From the NCBI GenBank assembly GCA_032160745.1, contig JAVHVD010000031.1, positions 25,749 to 89,748 of the forward strand: a DNA stretch of 64,000 nt. The letters run 5' to 3'. The notes beneath the pieces were generated by a model. The model ran no database searches. It was not told where the DNA came from and saw nothing but the letters and a program-made list of their open reading frames with translations. A program made the position numbers and the translations under genes. The stretch comes from Pseudonocardiales bacterium. GTDB taxonomy: Bacteria > Actinomycetota > Actinomycetes > Mycobacteriales > Jatrophihabitantaceae. Within the stretch, counting starts at the first letter, position 1. The number at the start of each line of letters is the position of its first letter. Positions 10,701 through 20,260 of this stretch are shown in pieces.

Positions 10701-11858
10701 CCCGGGACGGCCGGCTGGCGCACGTTCACCCTCGCGCCCTCCGTCGTGGGCGATCTGACCCACGTCGACGGGACGCAGCAGACGGTCCGCGGCACGGTCA
10801 CCAGCTCATGGCGCACCGACGGCGACACGCTGACCTACCACGCGCAGGTGCCGGTGGGCTCGACGGCCACGATCGAGCTGCCACTGCCCGGCGGGCCGGG
10901 CTCGACCGTCCAGGAGAGCGGGCACACCGTGTACGCAGGCGGGCCCGCGCGCGACGCCGACCCCGGCCTCACCGTGCACAAGTTCGCCGCCGGCACGCTG
11001 CAGATGACGGCGGGCTCGGGGAGCTACACGTTCACCGTCCGCGCGCCGCATACCCCGACGACGACGCTTGCGATCAGTTCAGCGACCGCCCACACCACGA
11101 TCGCCCCGGGCCAGACCGGAGATCTCAGCGTCGCGGTCGACGGCAGCTCGACCGGCGGCGGATCGGCGACGCTGGGGGCGCAGGCGCCGGCCGGCTGGAC
11201 GGTCTCGGCGACGCCCGCTCAAATCGCCCTCAACCCAGGGCCGACCCACACGCTCGCGACCGTCCACCTGACGCCGCCGCCGGATGCCCTCGGCAGCTAC
11301 CCGATCGCGCTGACCGTGCACGCCCCTGACGGCACCATCGCGAAGGCGACGGTCACCGTCGACGTCTTCCACACGACGACCGTCTACGACTTCGAGTCCG
11401 GCCCGCAGGGCTGGCAGGCCGGGGCGAACGTCGACAACGTCGCTGCGGTCACCAGCTTCGCGAACGGTCCCGGCACCCCGCACGGCGGTAGCAAGTCGCT
11501 CGAGGCGAGCCCGTCGAATGTCGATGCCTCACTGTGGCGCACGATCTCGGTGACGCCGGACAGCCCGCTCGACCTGTCCTCGGCGACCCACCTCGCGCTG
11601 TGGATCGACAGCTGGGGCGGCCTGCCAGGGGCGGCCTACCAGGCGCAGGTGGTCCTGCACAGCGGCAGCGCCGACCGCACGCTCACCACCGCGATCGCCA
11701 ACGACTCGTGGAACCGCCTGGATCTCGACCTCTCGGACTGGGCGCAGCGCAGCGCCATCACCTCGATCGACGTCAGCTTCCGCGCCGCAGGCAGCACCGC
11801 GGTGTGGGGCGGACGGTTCCAAATCGACGATCTCGAATGGACGGACCAGAAGTCATGA
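7797..11858 (+). CDS. Secreted GH78 alpha-L-rhamnosidase with inserted F5/8-type-C-like domain, NEW3-like Ig domain and C-terminal CBM-like module
   Basis: Signal peptide; VWDSG, GESWDAR, YDFGQN, FNYAGFRY, DCPTREKRGWLGD, TIWEKW; exact start uncertain (7797 or 7833). Confidence 0.88.
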   Translation: MVNHVGLRRTTAMGSAVALTVGLIVTGAITGTAGASASGPSPRPTVQPPSNLRVGGQADGALVGTTRPTLSWTVNDTGRSEVQAGYEIRVSAIASDLNGHGTQVWDSGRTRSAASTGVAYGGPQLEADHTYEWTVRTWNREGQRSSWSHPQRFDVGLLTVGDWRASWLQAADGALVRRDFVLPKKVARARLYYGAQGLLEPHLNGAPLDPKQVLDSSVTDYAKRVVYRDLDVTDRLHKGSNALAFMLGKGQYAGTPTFIAQLEITYTDGSHATIATDDGWRTAAGPVTRDDFYYGESWDARRQITGWDAASFDDSAWAPVPVYAPVAQPQSLALNRPVTALDETACCGWSRAALVDGIDMSTDQSEGYHSAVASSADSSKWVQVDLGSDEQIAGITLFPAHPTNDTAGDFPGAGFPVRYRVQVSDDPTFATSTTVADRTGSDQPNPGTTPVPISASATGRYVRVTATVLACRDTSCTFRLAELGVYSAHPTQTFGLTHLETDTTPPARIVRTVAPTKTTGPAPGVRVYDFGQNYVGQVTLRADAPADTKVTVTKGELLDSSGRVSTANISFSASDTGRQIDDYTFDGSGEQGWTPNFNYAGFRYAEVTGLPADAPVSVVADVIHNDVAQTGTFSTSNPLLNSIQGALLQTQLNDLQGMPLDCPTREKRGWLGDAGDTDAEAMANLDMQALYSKWLGDIRTSINPDGSVPSVSPDQGEGSRYYTDPAWGTAYPQVVWDSYTQYGDKTVLRDNYSQVKGWVDYLATISDANHIVTNSPGSWGDDWLATVSTPHVYFQTLFYLIDSRLLANMATALGNTADATKYQQLAAAITTGFTDKYFDAATDTYSPNTQLAYAMPLALGIVPAGHEQAVLGRLVADIVAHGDHVTTGFVGTTYVYQALGLYHRNDVALAIAERTDFPSFGYMLANGPGTIWEKWTNSSAPDGTSSKDHIGLAGSIGQWYYQQLAGIQPGTAGWRTFTLAPSVVGDLTHVDGTQQTVRGTVTSSWRTDGDTLTYHAQVPVGSTATIELPLPGGPGSTVQESGHTVYAGGPARDADPGLTVHKFAAGTLQMTAGSGSYTFTVRAPHTPTTTLAISSATAHTTIAPGQTGDLSVAVDGSSTGGGSATLGAQAPAGWTVSATPAQIALNPGPTHTLATVHLTPPPDALGSYPIALTVHAPDGTIAKATVTVDVFHTTTVYDFESGPQGWQAGANVDNVAAVTSFANGPGTPHGGSKSLEASPSNVDASLWRTISVTPDSPLDLSSATHLALWIDSWGGLPGAAYQAQVVLHSGSADRTLTTAIANDSWNRLDLDLSDWAQRSAITSIDVSFRAAGSTAVWGGRFQIDDLEWTDQKS

Positions 11859-14626
11859 GAGCCACCTATCTGCTCGCCACCACCGTGCTCGCCGCCGGCC
11901 TGTTGACGGCGGCCGCGGCAGCCGCCACCCCGGTCGCGGCCGCTCCGCAGCCGACCGGTCACGGCGGGTCCGCCCAGCCGTGGGACGCGTACAACTACTC
12001 GCCGGCAAGCCGGACGGTGACCGCGAAGCGGATCTTCCGCGAAACCGGAACCGTGTCGGCACCGGACGGGGTGCTGACCGGCCAGCCGACCACGCTGCAG
12101 GGCGCCGGCTCGTCGGTCACGCTCGACTTCGGCGAGGAGGTCGGCGGCCTGGTCACCGTCCATTCGACGGCCGCCACCGACACCGGTCAGCGCCTCGGCC
12201 TCGCGTTCTCCGAGTCGTCGCAGTACGTGGGGACGACCAGTGACGCCAGCAACGGGGGCAGCGGATCGGACGGCGCGATCTTCGCCGACCTCACGCCCAA
12301 CGCATCGTGGACGATGCCGCAGGACAAGCTGCGCGGCGGGTTCCGCTACCTGACCCTGTTCGACGAGTCCGGCGGGTCGATCGCGATCGACAAGGTCAGC
12401 CTCGCGATCACCTTCGCCCCGTCGATGTCGAACCTGCGCAACTACGACAACTACTTCTACTCGAGCGACCCGCTGCTGAACCGCATCTGGTACGCCGGTG
12501 CGTACACCGCGCAGACGAATGTCATCGCCCCGACGACCGGCCGGGTCTGGGGCCCACCGGCCAGCGGCTGGAACAACAGCGGCACGGTCGGCGTCGGCGA
12601 CGAGGTGCTCGTCGACGGCGCGAAGCGCGACCGGACGGTGTGGCCCGGCGACCTCGGCGTCTCCGTCCCGACCGAGTACGCGTCGCTCGGCGACGTCACC
12701 CCCACCCGCAACGCGCTGACCACCCTGTTCAACCATCAGGCGGCGTCCGGCGAGCTGCCCTTCGCCGGGCCCGAGGTCAACTTCTACGGCTCGGACACCT
12801 ACCACCTGTGGACGCTGATCGGGACGGCGAACTACTACCAGTACAGCCACGACTCGACCTGGCTGTCGGGCGAATGGGCGAACTACGTCCGGGCGCTGCA
12901 GTACTCACTGGCCAAGGTGGGCAGCGACGGCCTGATGAACGTCACCGGCACTGCCGACTGGGCCCGCGGCGGACAGGGCGGCGAGAACATCGCCGCGAAC
13001 GCGCTGCTCTACCGCGCGCTGGTCACCGGGGCCGAGCTCGCCGGCACCCAGCACGACGACGCCGACGCCGGCAGCTGGGCGGCCACCGCCGCGCGCCTGA
13101 AGGCGGCGGTCAACGCCACGTTGTGGGACGACGCCGCCGGCCAGTACCGCGACAACCCGACCAGTAGCCTCCACCCTCAGGACGGCAATTCGCTGGCCGC
13201 CTGGTACGGCATCGCCTCCCCGGCGCAGGCGGCGCGGATCAGCACGGCACTCACCCAGAACTGGAACCAGTACGGCGCCACCACGCCGGAGAAGAACGGC
13301 GAGATCGGGACATTCCCGGGCTCGATGGAGGTGCAGGCGCACCTGCAGGCCGGGGACGCGACCACGGCACTGGAGCTGATCCGCCGCGAGTGGGGCTACA
13401 TGCTCGACTCGCCCCTCGGGACGAACAGCACGTTCTGGGAGGGCTACCTCGCCAACGGTCAGTTCGGCTACGGCGGGGCGTACATGAGCGCCGCGCACGG
13501 GTGGTCGACCGGCCCGACGTCGGCGCTCACGTTCTACGTCCTGGGCATCCGTCCGACCACCGCCACCGGCGGCTACGACATCGCCCCGGAGACCGGCGAC
13601 CTGGCGTCGGCCCAGGGCTCGCTGAAGACCCCGCTCGGTGACATCAAGCTCGCGTGGCGGCACGACGCGGCCGCCGGCCGGTTCACCGCCGACCTCGATG
13701 CGCCTCGCGCCGCGGTGGCCCAGGTCGAGGTCCCCACCTACGGCGCGCGGACGAACGTGTCCGTCAACGGGCAGCCCGTGTGGGTGGCCGGCAAGCACAG
13801 CCTCGGCTACGGCGCGCACCTGGCCGGTGACTACGTGGTGCTGACCGGGCTGCCGCAACACGCGCAAATCAGCAGCACCGCCGTCGGGCACGTCACGCCG
13901 ACCCTCTCCGTCACGCCCACCTCGTCCAGCACCGCGCCGGTGCTCCCGGGCGCGAGCGCGACGATCCCGGTCACCGTGCGGGCCACGGGCGATCAGGTGG
14001 TGGACGGCAGCGTGACCGCAACGGTTCCCGACGGGTGGACGGTCACCGCGGCGCCGTTCTCGCTCGACCCGCGCAACGGCCCGGCGACTGCGGTGGTGAA
14101 CGTGCACGTTCAGGCGCCGGCCATTGGCAGCGGCGGGCAACTGGACGTGCCGATCGTCGCGACCGCGGACAAGTTGCACGCCACCAGCACCGCCCACCTG
14201 CTCGCCTTCGGCGGGTGGCCCCAGGGCACCAGCGCGACCGCGTCCAGCTACCACGCGCCCAACACCTACAACGGCGCCGTCCGCACCTACGACCCGAGCA
14301 ACGCGCTGGACGGCGACCTCGCCACGTTCTGGAACGACGACACGTCCGGTGCCTACCCGGACACGCTGACGGTCACCGCGCCGTCGGCGGTGAACCTGAC
14401 CGGCGTCGGCTTCGCGTCCATGGTCGACGGCGTGCCGACCGACTTCACGGTGCAGACGTGGGACGGCGCGGCGTGGGTCACCCAGGCGCAGGTCACCGGA
14501 AACACCGAGGTCGCTCGCTGGATCCCGTTCGCGAGCAGCGTCGCCACGACACAGGTGCGCCTCGTGGTCACCGCGTCCCAGACCCAGAACGGCAACTTCA
14601 CTCGCGTCGCCGAGTTGACGCCGTGA
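11855..14626 (+). CDS. Secreted GH78-like alpha-L-rhamnosidase (DGAKRDR type) with C-terminal NEW3-like and F5/8-like domains
   Basis: ATG 11855 overlaps the upstream stop; MRATYLLATTVLAAG signal peptide; LDFGEEVGG, RGGFRY, DGAKRDRTVWPGD, TFWEG, SAAHGWSTGPT. Confidence 0.88.
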   Translation: MRATYLLATTVLAAGLLTAAAAAATPVAAAPQPTGHGGSAQPWDAYNYSPASRTVTAKRIFRETGTVSAPDGVLTGQPTTLQGAGSSVTLDFGEEVGGLVTVHSTAATDTGQRLGLAFSESSQYVGTTSDASNGGSGSDGAIFADLTPNASWTMPQDKLRGGFRYLTLFDESGGSIAIDKVSLAITFAPSMSNLRNYDNYFYSSDPLLNRIWYAGAYTAQTNVIAPTTGRVWGPPASGWNNSGTVGVGDEVLVDGAKRDRTVWPGDLGVSVPTEYASLGDVTPTRNALTTLFNHQAASGELPFAGPEVNFYGSDTYHLWTLIGTANYYQYSHDSTWLSGEWANYVRALQYSLAKVGSDGLMNVTGTADWARGGQGGENIAANALLYRALVTGAELAGTQHDDADAGSWAATAARLKAAVNATLWDDAAGQYRDNPTSSLHPQDGNSLAAWYGIASPAQAARISTALTQNWNQYGATTPEKNGEIGTFPGSMEVQAHLQAGDATTALELIRREWGYMLDSPLGTNSTFWEGYLANGQFGYGGAYMSAAHGWSTGPTSALTFYVLGIRPTTATGGYDIAPETGDLASAQGSLKTPLGDIKLAWRHDAAAGRFTADLDAPRAAVAQVEVPTYGARTNVSVNGQPVWVAGKHSLGYGAHLAGDYVVLTGLPQHAQISSTAVGHVTPTLSVTPTSSSTAPVLPGASATIPVTVRATGDQVVDGSVTATVPDGWTVTAAPFSLDPRNGPATAVVNVHVQAPAIGSGGQLDVPIVATADKLHATSTAHLLAFGGWPQGTSATASSYHAPNTYNGAVRTYDPSNALDGDLATFWNDDTSGAYPDTLTVTAPSAVNLTGVGFASMVDGVPTDFTVQTWDGAAWVTQAQVTGNTEVARWIPFASSVATTQVRLVVTASQTQNGNFTRVAELTP

Positions 14627-14643
14627 CATCGGAGGTAATCCCT

Positions 14644-17600
14644 GTGCGTGCCCACACCCGCCGACCCGCGAAGCGCCTCATCGGCCTGGCCGCGGCCGGC
14701 CTCACCGTCGCCGCGCTGCTCCCCGCCACGGCCCAGGCCGAGCCCGGGAACGCGCGCGGGCCGAACCACGCACCCACCGCGCCGACCGGACTCAACGTGA
14801 GCGACCAGACGAACCCGCTGGCGATCCAGGGCACGCCCCAGTTCGGTTGGCTGCCGCAGGACAAGGACCCCGACGAGGTGCAGACCGCGTACGAGCTGCG
14901 GGTTTCCAGCAGCGCCGGCGACGAAGTGTGGGACTCGGGCAAGGTCGCGTCCTCGGAGGAGTCCTGGGTCGCCTACGCCGGCCCGGCGCTGGCTCCGGGG
15001 ACGACCTACCGCTGGGCGGTGCGCACGTGGGACCGGGCGGGTCTGGTGTCGCCGTACGCCGACGCCCGCTTCGATACCGGCATCGGTGACCAGGACTGGT
15101 CAGGCGCGCAGTGGATCCGGCGCACGACCAGCGGAAGCAACGATGCCGCCAACGACTACACGCTCGCCCGCAAGACGCTGAACGTCAGCGCCGGCAGCCC
15201 GGTGGTCCGCGCGCGTGCCTACGTCGCCGCGATGGCCGACTGGGAGCTGCACGTCGACGGCAGGACGGTCGACAGGACCTCATCGGCCGGCTACCCGGGT
15301 GAGGGCTACTACGACGTCAGTGATCTCACCAGCGAGGCCGTCGCCGGGCAGCCGCTGGCCATCGGCGTGCGCTACCACTACTGGACCTGCACCTGCCAAG
15401 GCCGCGCGAACGGCCCGGTAGCGCCCGCGGGGCCGTCCGGCCTGCTCGTGAAGGTCGTCATCCAGCACGCCGACGGCAGCACCGACACGATGGTGTCCGA
15501 CGGTTCGTGGAAGGTCACGCAGGACGCCTCGGAGAGCATCTCGACCGTCACCTACCGCAACAGCGACTCGGGTGACCGGGTCGAGTACATCGACGCCCGG
15601 CACGCGCTGACCGGCTGGGACACACCCGGCTACAACGACGCGTCCTGGTCGGCGCCGGCAGTCATCGGCGCGCACCCGCGTCCGGCCGCCGCGAGCTGCG
15701 CGTCCTACAAGGGCGGATCCGCGCCGTGCACGTTCACTCACCTGGTGGCCGAGCAGGCGCACATCGCCACGCAGGTCATCCACCCCACCCGCGTGCTGCA
15801 CCTGCCGGACGGCACCGCGTTCGCCGACTTCGGCAAGGTCTACTCGAGCGTGCCGTCCGTGCACCTCAGCCAGGGCGTCGCCGGGCGAGCGCTGACGATG
15901 ACCACCAGCTACCGCCAGAACAACTCGACGACCACCGCGGCCAGTGCAGCCGGCGCGACGACCGTCGCGCTGAAGGCGGTGGCGAACCTCCACGTCGGCG
16001 ACGAGATCACGATCGACGCGCCGGCCGACGGGTACGGAGCCGGCCACCCCGAGACCCGAACCGTCGCCGCCGTCGACGGCAACACCGTGACCCTCGACCA
16101 ACCGCTCGCGCAGGCACACGACAGCGGCGTCTGGGTCGAGAACTCCCGCTCCGGGACGTCCAAGCTGGACACCCAGGGCAGCAACATGCACTTCTACTAC
16201 ACCGAGACCGACGGTGCCCAGACCGCGCAGCCGATGCTGTACTGGGGCTGGCGCTACCTCGAGATCAGCGACCCGGGCGAGACGCTCACCGCCGCTGACA
16301 TCTCGGCCGTCGTGCAGAACACCGACGTCCCCGAGGGGCACGCCGCGACGTTCGACAGCAGCAACCCGACGCTGGACTCCGTGTTCACCCTGATGCAGCG
16401 CTCGGCGCTGCAGTCGGAACAGGACACCTTCCTCGACACCCCGACCCGGGAGAAGGGGCAGTTCCTCGGCGACACCGTCGACGAGTCCTACGCCTCGATG
16501 TCCTCGCTGGACGAGCGGCTGCTGACCCGCGAGGCGATCGTCGACTTCATCAACTCGCAGAACCGGTACTGGGCCAACGGCGCGATGAACGCCGTCTACC
16601 CCAACGGGGACGCCAAGCGGGACATCCCCGACTACACCGAGATGTTCCCGGACTGGGTGATGCGCTACTACCAGCAGACCGGCGACCGCGCGCTGCTCGC
16701 GCAGGCCTACCCGGCGATGAAGCGGGTCGCGGACTACATCAACGCGGCGGTGAACCAGACCGGCATGGTCTATCAGCTGCCAGGCGGAAGTGGGCCGTAC
16801 CAGTACGGCATCATCGACTGGCCCGCGGACATGCGCTACGACACCGTCGTCAACGGCAACGGGGCCGAGCTCGTCGTGAACGCGCTCGCCGTCGGCGCGA
16901 ACGACGCGGTGGCCAACGCCGCCGACGCCCTCGGCCAGCCGGGCGAGGCCAACACGTACAGCGGGCACGGCTCGTCGATCGCCGCCGCCGTCAACGCGAA
17001 GCTGTACAACGACCAGAGCGGGCTGTACTCGGACGGACTCGCGACCGACACGCTCACCCGGATCGAGAACTACTCCCAGCACGCGCAGTCCTACGCGGTC
17101 GACTACGGCATCGCGCCGGCGAGCGGCTACGACCGGCTCGGTGACGCCATTGCCGCGGCCGGCATGCAGCAAGGACCGATGGACCTGCGTCAGCTCGAGC
17201 TCGCACTCGGCAGGACGGGGCAAACGGACGCGCTGGTGTCACTGCTCACCGACCCGAGCCATGGCGGCCCGGCGCAGATCCTCGCCGAGGGCGGCACGTT
17301 CATGTGGGAGAACTGGAACCCCGGCTGCACGGTCGCCGGCTGCACCGGCAGTGCGGTCAACCAGAACGACAGCACCAGCTTCTCGCACGGCTGGGGCTCG
17401 GCCGGCATCGACGGCATCCTCGAGTCGCTGCTCGGCATCACCGTCACCGGCGCCGGCGCGTCGCAGGTGCTCATCGCGCCGCCGACGAGCGGGCTGACCC
17501 ACGCGGCGGGCACCGAGTGGACCGAGCGCGGTTCGGTCACCGTGTCCTGGAAGCGCGTCGGGCACGTGCTGATGGCCGACGTCAGCGTCCCGGTGAACGT

Positions 17601-17685
17601 GACCGCGACGGTCGTCCTCGGCGACAAGCACATCGCCGTCGGATCCGGCCAGCACCACCTCGTCGCCACCCAGCAAGGGAAGTAG
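14644..17685 (+). CDS. Secreted GH78 alpha-L-rhamnosidase
   Basis: GGAGGT RBS then GTG 14644; signal peptide ending AQA; VWDSGKV, ADFGKV, YWGWRY, DTPTREKGQFLGD, FMWENW, SFSHGWG. Confidence 0.87.
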   Translation: MRAHTRRPAKRLIGLAAAGLTVAALLPATAQAEPGNARGPNHAPTAPTGLNVSDQTNPLAIQGTPQFGWLPQDKDPDEVQTAYELRVSSSAGDEVWDSGKVASSEESWVAYAGPALAPGTTYRWAVRTWDRAGLVSPYADARFDTGIGDQDWSGAQWIRRTTSGSNDAANDYTLARKTLNVSAGSPVVRARAYVAAMADWELHVDGRTVDRTSSAGYPGEGYYDVSDLTSEAVAGQPLAIGVRYHYWTCTCQGRANGPVAPAGPSGLLVKVVIQHADGSTDTMVSDGSWKVTQDASESISTVTYRNSDSGDRVEYIDARHALTGWDTPGYNDASWSAPAVIGAHPRPAAASCASYKGGSAPCTFTHLVAEQAHIATQVIHPTRVLHLPDGTAFADFGKVYSSVPSVHLSQGVAGRALTMTTSYRQNNSTTTAASAAGATTVALKAVANLHVGDEITIDAPADGYGAGHPETRTVAAVDGNTVTLDQPLAQAHDSGVWVENSRSGTSKLDTQGSNMHFYYTETDGAQTAQPMLYWGWRYLEISDPGETLTAADISAVVQNTDVPEGHAATFDSSNPTLDSVFTLMQRSALQSEQDTFLDTPTREKGQFLGDTVDESYASMSSLDERLLTREAIVDFINSQNRYWANGAMNAVYPNGDAKRDIPDYTEMFPDWVMRYYQQTGDRALLAQAYPAMKRVADYINAAVNQTGMVYQLPGGSGPYQYGIIDWPADMRYDTVVNGNGAELVVNALAVGANDAVANAADALGQPGEANTYSGHGSSIAAAVNAKLYNDQSGLYSDGLATDTLTRIENYSQHAQSYAVDYGIAPASGYDRLGDAIAAAGMQQGPMDLRQLELALGRTGQTDALVSLLTDPSHGGPAQILAEGGTFMWENWNPGCTVAGCTGSAVNQNDSTSFSHGWGSAGIDGILESLLGITVTGAGASQVLIAPPTSGLTHAAGTEWTERGSVTVSWKRVGHVLMADVSVPVNVTATVVLGDKHIAVGSGQHHLVATQQGK

Positions 17686-17689
17686 GACC

Positions 17690-20251
17690 ATGCAACTGCA
17701 TCGGATACGCATCATCGCGGTGGCTGCCGCCGCTCTGGCCGGCCTCGGACTCGCGACGGCGCCGTCCGACGCGCTGGGCACGGCGCCCGCCCAGACGGCC
17801 CCGCACCCGAATGAGCCGTCGTGGGCGAAGTACGTCGTGGCCCCGTCGAGCCGCGACGTCCGGCCGGTCCGGGTGATCGCGAGCAGCGGCGACGTCACCA
17901 ACCCCAACGGCCTGCTCGGGACGGGCACCACCTCGCTCTCGCGACCCCAGCCGCCGGCCCGACCCACCTGGCCTTCGGGCACCACAGCCGGTGCCTCGTC
18001 CTTCCATGCCGGCAACAGCGGCAACGACGGCAAGCCCCGCACGTACGTCCCCGGCAACGCCGTCGACGGCAACACCGATACGTTCTGGAACGACGACACG
18101 TTCGGCGCCTACCCGGACGTCCTGACGATCAGCACGCCCGCGGCGCAGTCCCTCGACGGAATCACCGTGCTGTCGAACTCCGACGGAGTGCCGCAGGACT
18201 TCACCGTCGACACGTGGGACGGCGCCGCGTGGCAGCCGGTCGCTACGGTCACCGGCAACACGACGGTGCTGCGCCGCGTCCCATTCACCGCATCGGTCTC
18301 GACGACCCAGGTGCGCATCACCGTCACGAAGGACCAGTCCTCGGGCAAGGGCGATTTCACCCGCGTCAACGAGGTCTATCCCGGACTGGTCCCGGACGAT
18401 CCGCCGGTCCCCAGCGTCACCGTCGACTTCGGCAAGGTCGTCGTCGGCTACCCGCAGGTGGACTTCGCCGACGCCTCGACCAACAACCCGGGCGTACGGC
18501 TGGCGTTCTCGGAGACGACGCAGTACCTGACCGACACTTCGGACTTCTCCCGCTCGTACAACGGCGACTCGATCACTCCGGGCACCGACCAGCACGCGGT
18601 GCCCGCGGGACAGAGCAGCTGGACGGACACGCACGGCTGCGCCGACGGCACCAAAGTCTGCGCCGACGGCCTGCACGGCTTCCGTTACGTCAAGATCAGC
18701 CTGGACGCGCTGGCGACCGACGCTCCGGACACCGCGGCGTTCGGGAGCGTGCAGATCAGCGGCGTCGCATTGAAGTTCACCGCGTACCTCGGCACCCCGT
18801 CGTCGTACAAGGGCTGGTTCGAGTCGTCCGACCCGGCGCTCAACCAGTACTGGTACGACGCGTCGTACACGAACGAACTGATCACCGACACGTTCCGTTC
18901 CGACGACATCGACCCGCGCGGCGCCGACTCACCCGGCCTGGACGGCAAGCTGGTGCTCACCGACGGAGCGAAGCGCGACCGCGACCCGTACGTGGGTGAC
19001 GTCTACGTCTCGGGCGTGACCGACTACCTCACCCACGACGTGGGGGCCGCGGCCCGCAACGTGCTGGGCGACCTGGCCGACCATCAGCGCAGCGACGGGT
19101 GGATCCCGCCGGCCTCGATCAACAATTACACGCTGCCGCTGTTCGACTACCCGATGTACTGGGTGACGTCGAGCTGGGACTACCTGCTCTACACCGGCGA
19201 CACCGGTTACGCCCAGACGTACTACCCCAATCTCGTCAAGGTGCTCGACAGCTGGTACCCGTCGGTCACCGACGCCAACGGCCTGCTGCAGAAGGGATTG
19301 AACGGCACCGGCGGCTACGGCGACTACGCCTTCCTCGGGCGGACGGGCGAGGTGACGTACTACAACGCGCTCTACGTGCTCGCGCTGCGCGACGCCGCCG
19401 CGACCGCGACCGCGCTCGGGCGCACCGTCGATGCGCAGCGCTGGTCGGCGCGGGCGGCCACGGTCGCATCGGCGATCAACGCCCATCTGTGGGACGCCAA
19501 CGCGGGCGCCTACCTCGACTCGGCTTCCGGGGCGGTCCGGCACGGCCAGGACGGCAACGGGTACGCGATCCTGGCCGGCGTCGCGCCGGCGGCGCGCGCC
19601 ACGTCCGCGCTCGACTACCTCGACGCCAAGACCGCGCTGCCCTACGGCAACGCGTTCATGGACAACGACACGCTGGTCTCGGACGGGTCGAAGCGGGTGT
19701 ACGCGTTCACGTCGTACCCGGAGATCACCGCGCGGTTCATGACCGGCGCGGCCGACTCGGCGATCAACGAGATCAAGCGGTTGTACGGCTGGATGGCCGG
19801 TCACGACCCGGGAACCACGGATTGGGAAGGCATCGGCGCGAACGGATCGATGTACGAAGGCCCGTACACGTCGGCGGCCCACGGCTGGTCCACCGGCGTG
19901 GTGTCCGAGCTGACGAACCAGCTCCTCGGCGCCGCGCCCGCCACCCCCGGCTACGCGACCTGGACGGTGCAGCCGCACCCGGGCACCGTCCAGTGGGCGC
20001 GCGGCCAGCTGCCCACGCCGCACGGTCCGCTCGACGTCAGCTGGCGGGTCGGCAACGGCAGCCGGACGTTCACCCTCACGGTCACCGCGCCGCGCTCGAC
20101 GGCCGGAACGGTGTCAGTCCCGGTGAGTGGCGCGCACGTGCAGGTCCGGGTGGACGGCCGCATCGTGAACGCCCCGGCCGATAGCGGCTACGCGAGCGTG
20201 CCGGTCGGCGCCGGCCGGCACACCGTCACCGTCACCGCCCCACAAGGCTGA
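17690..20251 (+). CDS. Secreted GH78-like alpha-L-rhamnosidase (DGAKRDR type) with inserted F5/8-like domain
   Basis: Signal peptide; VDFGKVVVG, HGFRY, DGAKRDRDPYVGD, TDWEG, SAAHGWSTG, LPTPHG. Confidence 0.87.
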   Translation: MQLHRIRIIAVAAAALAGLGLATAPSDALGTAPAQTAPHPNEPSWAKYVVAPSSRDVRPVRVIASSGDVTNPNGLLGTGTTSLSRPQPPARPTWPSGTTAGASSFHAGNSGNDGKPRTYVPGNAVDGNTDTFWNDDTFGAYPDVLTISTPAAQSLDGITVLSNSDGVPQDFTVDTWDGAAWQPVATVTGNTTVLRRVPFTASVSTTQVRITVTKDQSSGKGDFTRVNEVYPGLVPDDPPVPSVTVDFGKVVVGYPQVDFADASTNNPGVRLAFSETTQYLTDTSDFSRSYNGDSITPGTDQHAVPAGQSSWTDTHGCADGTKVCADGLHGFRYVKISLDALATDAPDTAAFGSVQISGVALKFTAYLGTPSSYKGWFESSDPALNQYWYDASYTNELITDTFRSDDIDPRGADSPGLDGKLVLTDGAKRDRDPYVGDVYVSGVTDYLTHDVGAAARNVLGDLADHQRSDGWIPPASINNYTLPLFDYPMYWVTSSWDYLLYTGDTGYAQTYYPNLVKVLDSWYPSVTDANGLLQKGLNGTGGYGDYAFLGRTGEVTYYNALYVLALRDAAATATALGRTVDAQRWSARAATVASAINAHLWDANAGAYLDSASGAVRHGQDGNGYAILAGVAPAARATSALDYLDAKTALPYGNAFMDNDTLVSDGSKRVYAFTSYPEITARFMTGAADSAINEIKRLYGWMAGHDPGTTDWEGIGANGSMYEGPYTSAAHGWSTGVVSELTNQLLGAAPATPGYATWTVQPHPGTVQWARGQLPTPHGPLDVSWRVGNGSRTFTLTVTAPRSTAGTVSVPVSGAHVQVRVDGRIVNAPADSGYASVPVGAGRHTVTVTAPQG

Positions 20252-20260
20252 GGAGCTTCC

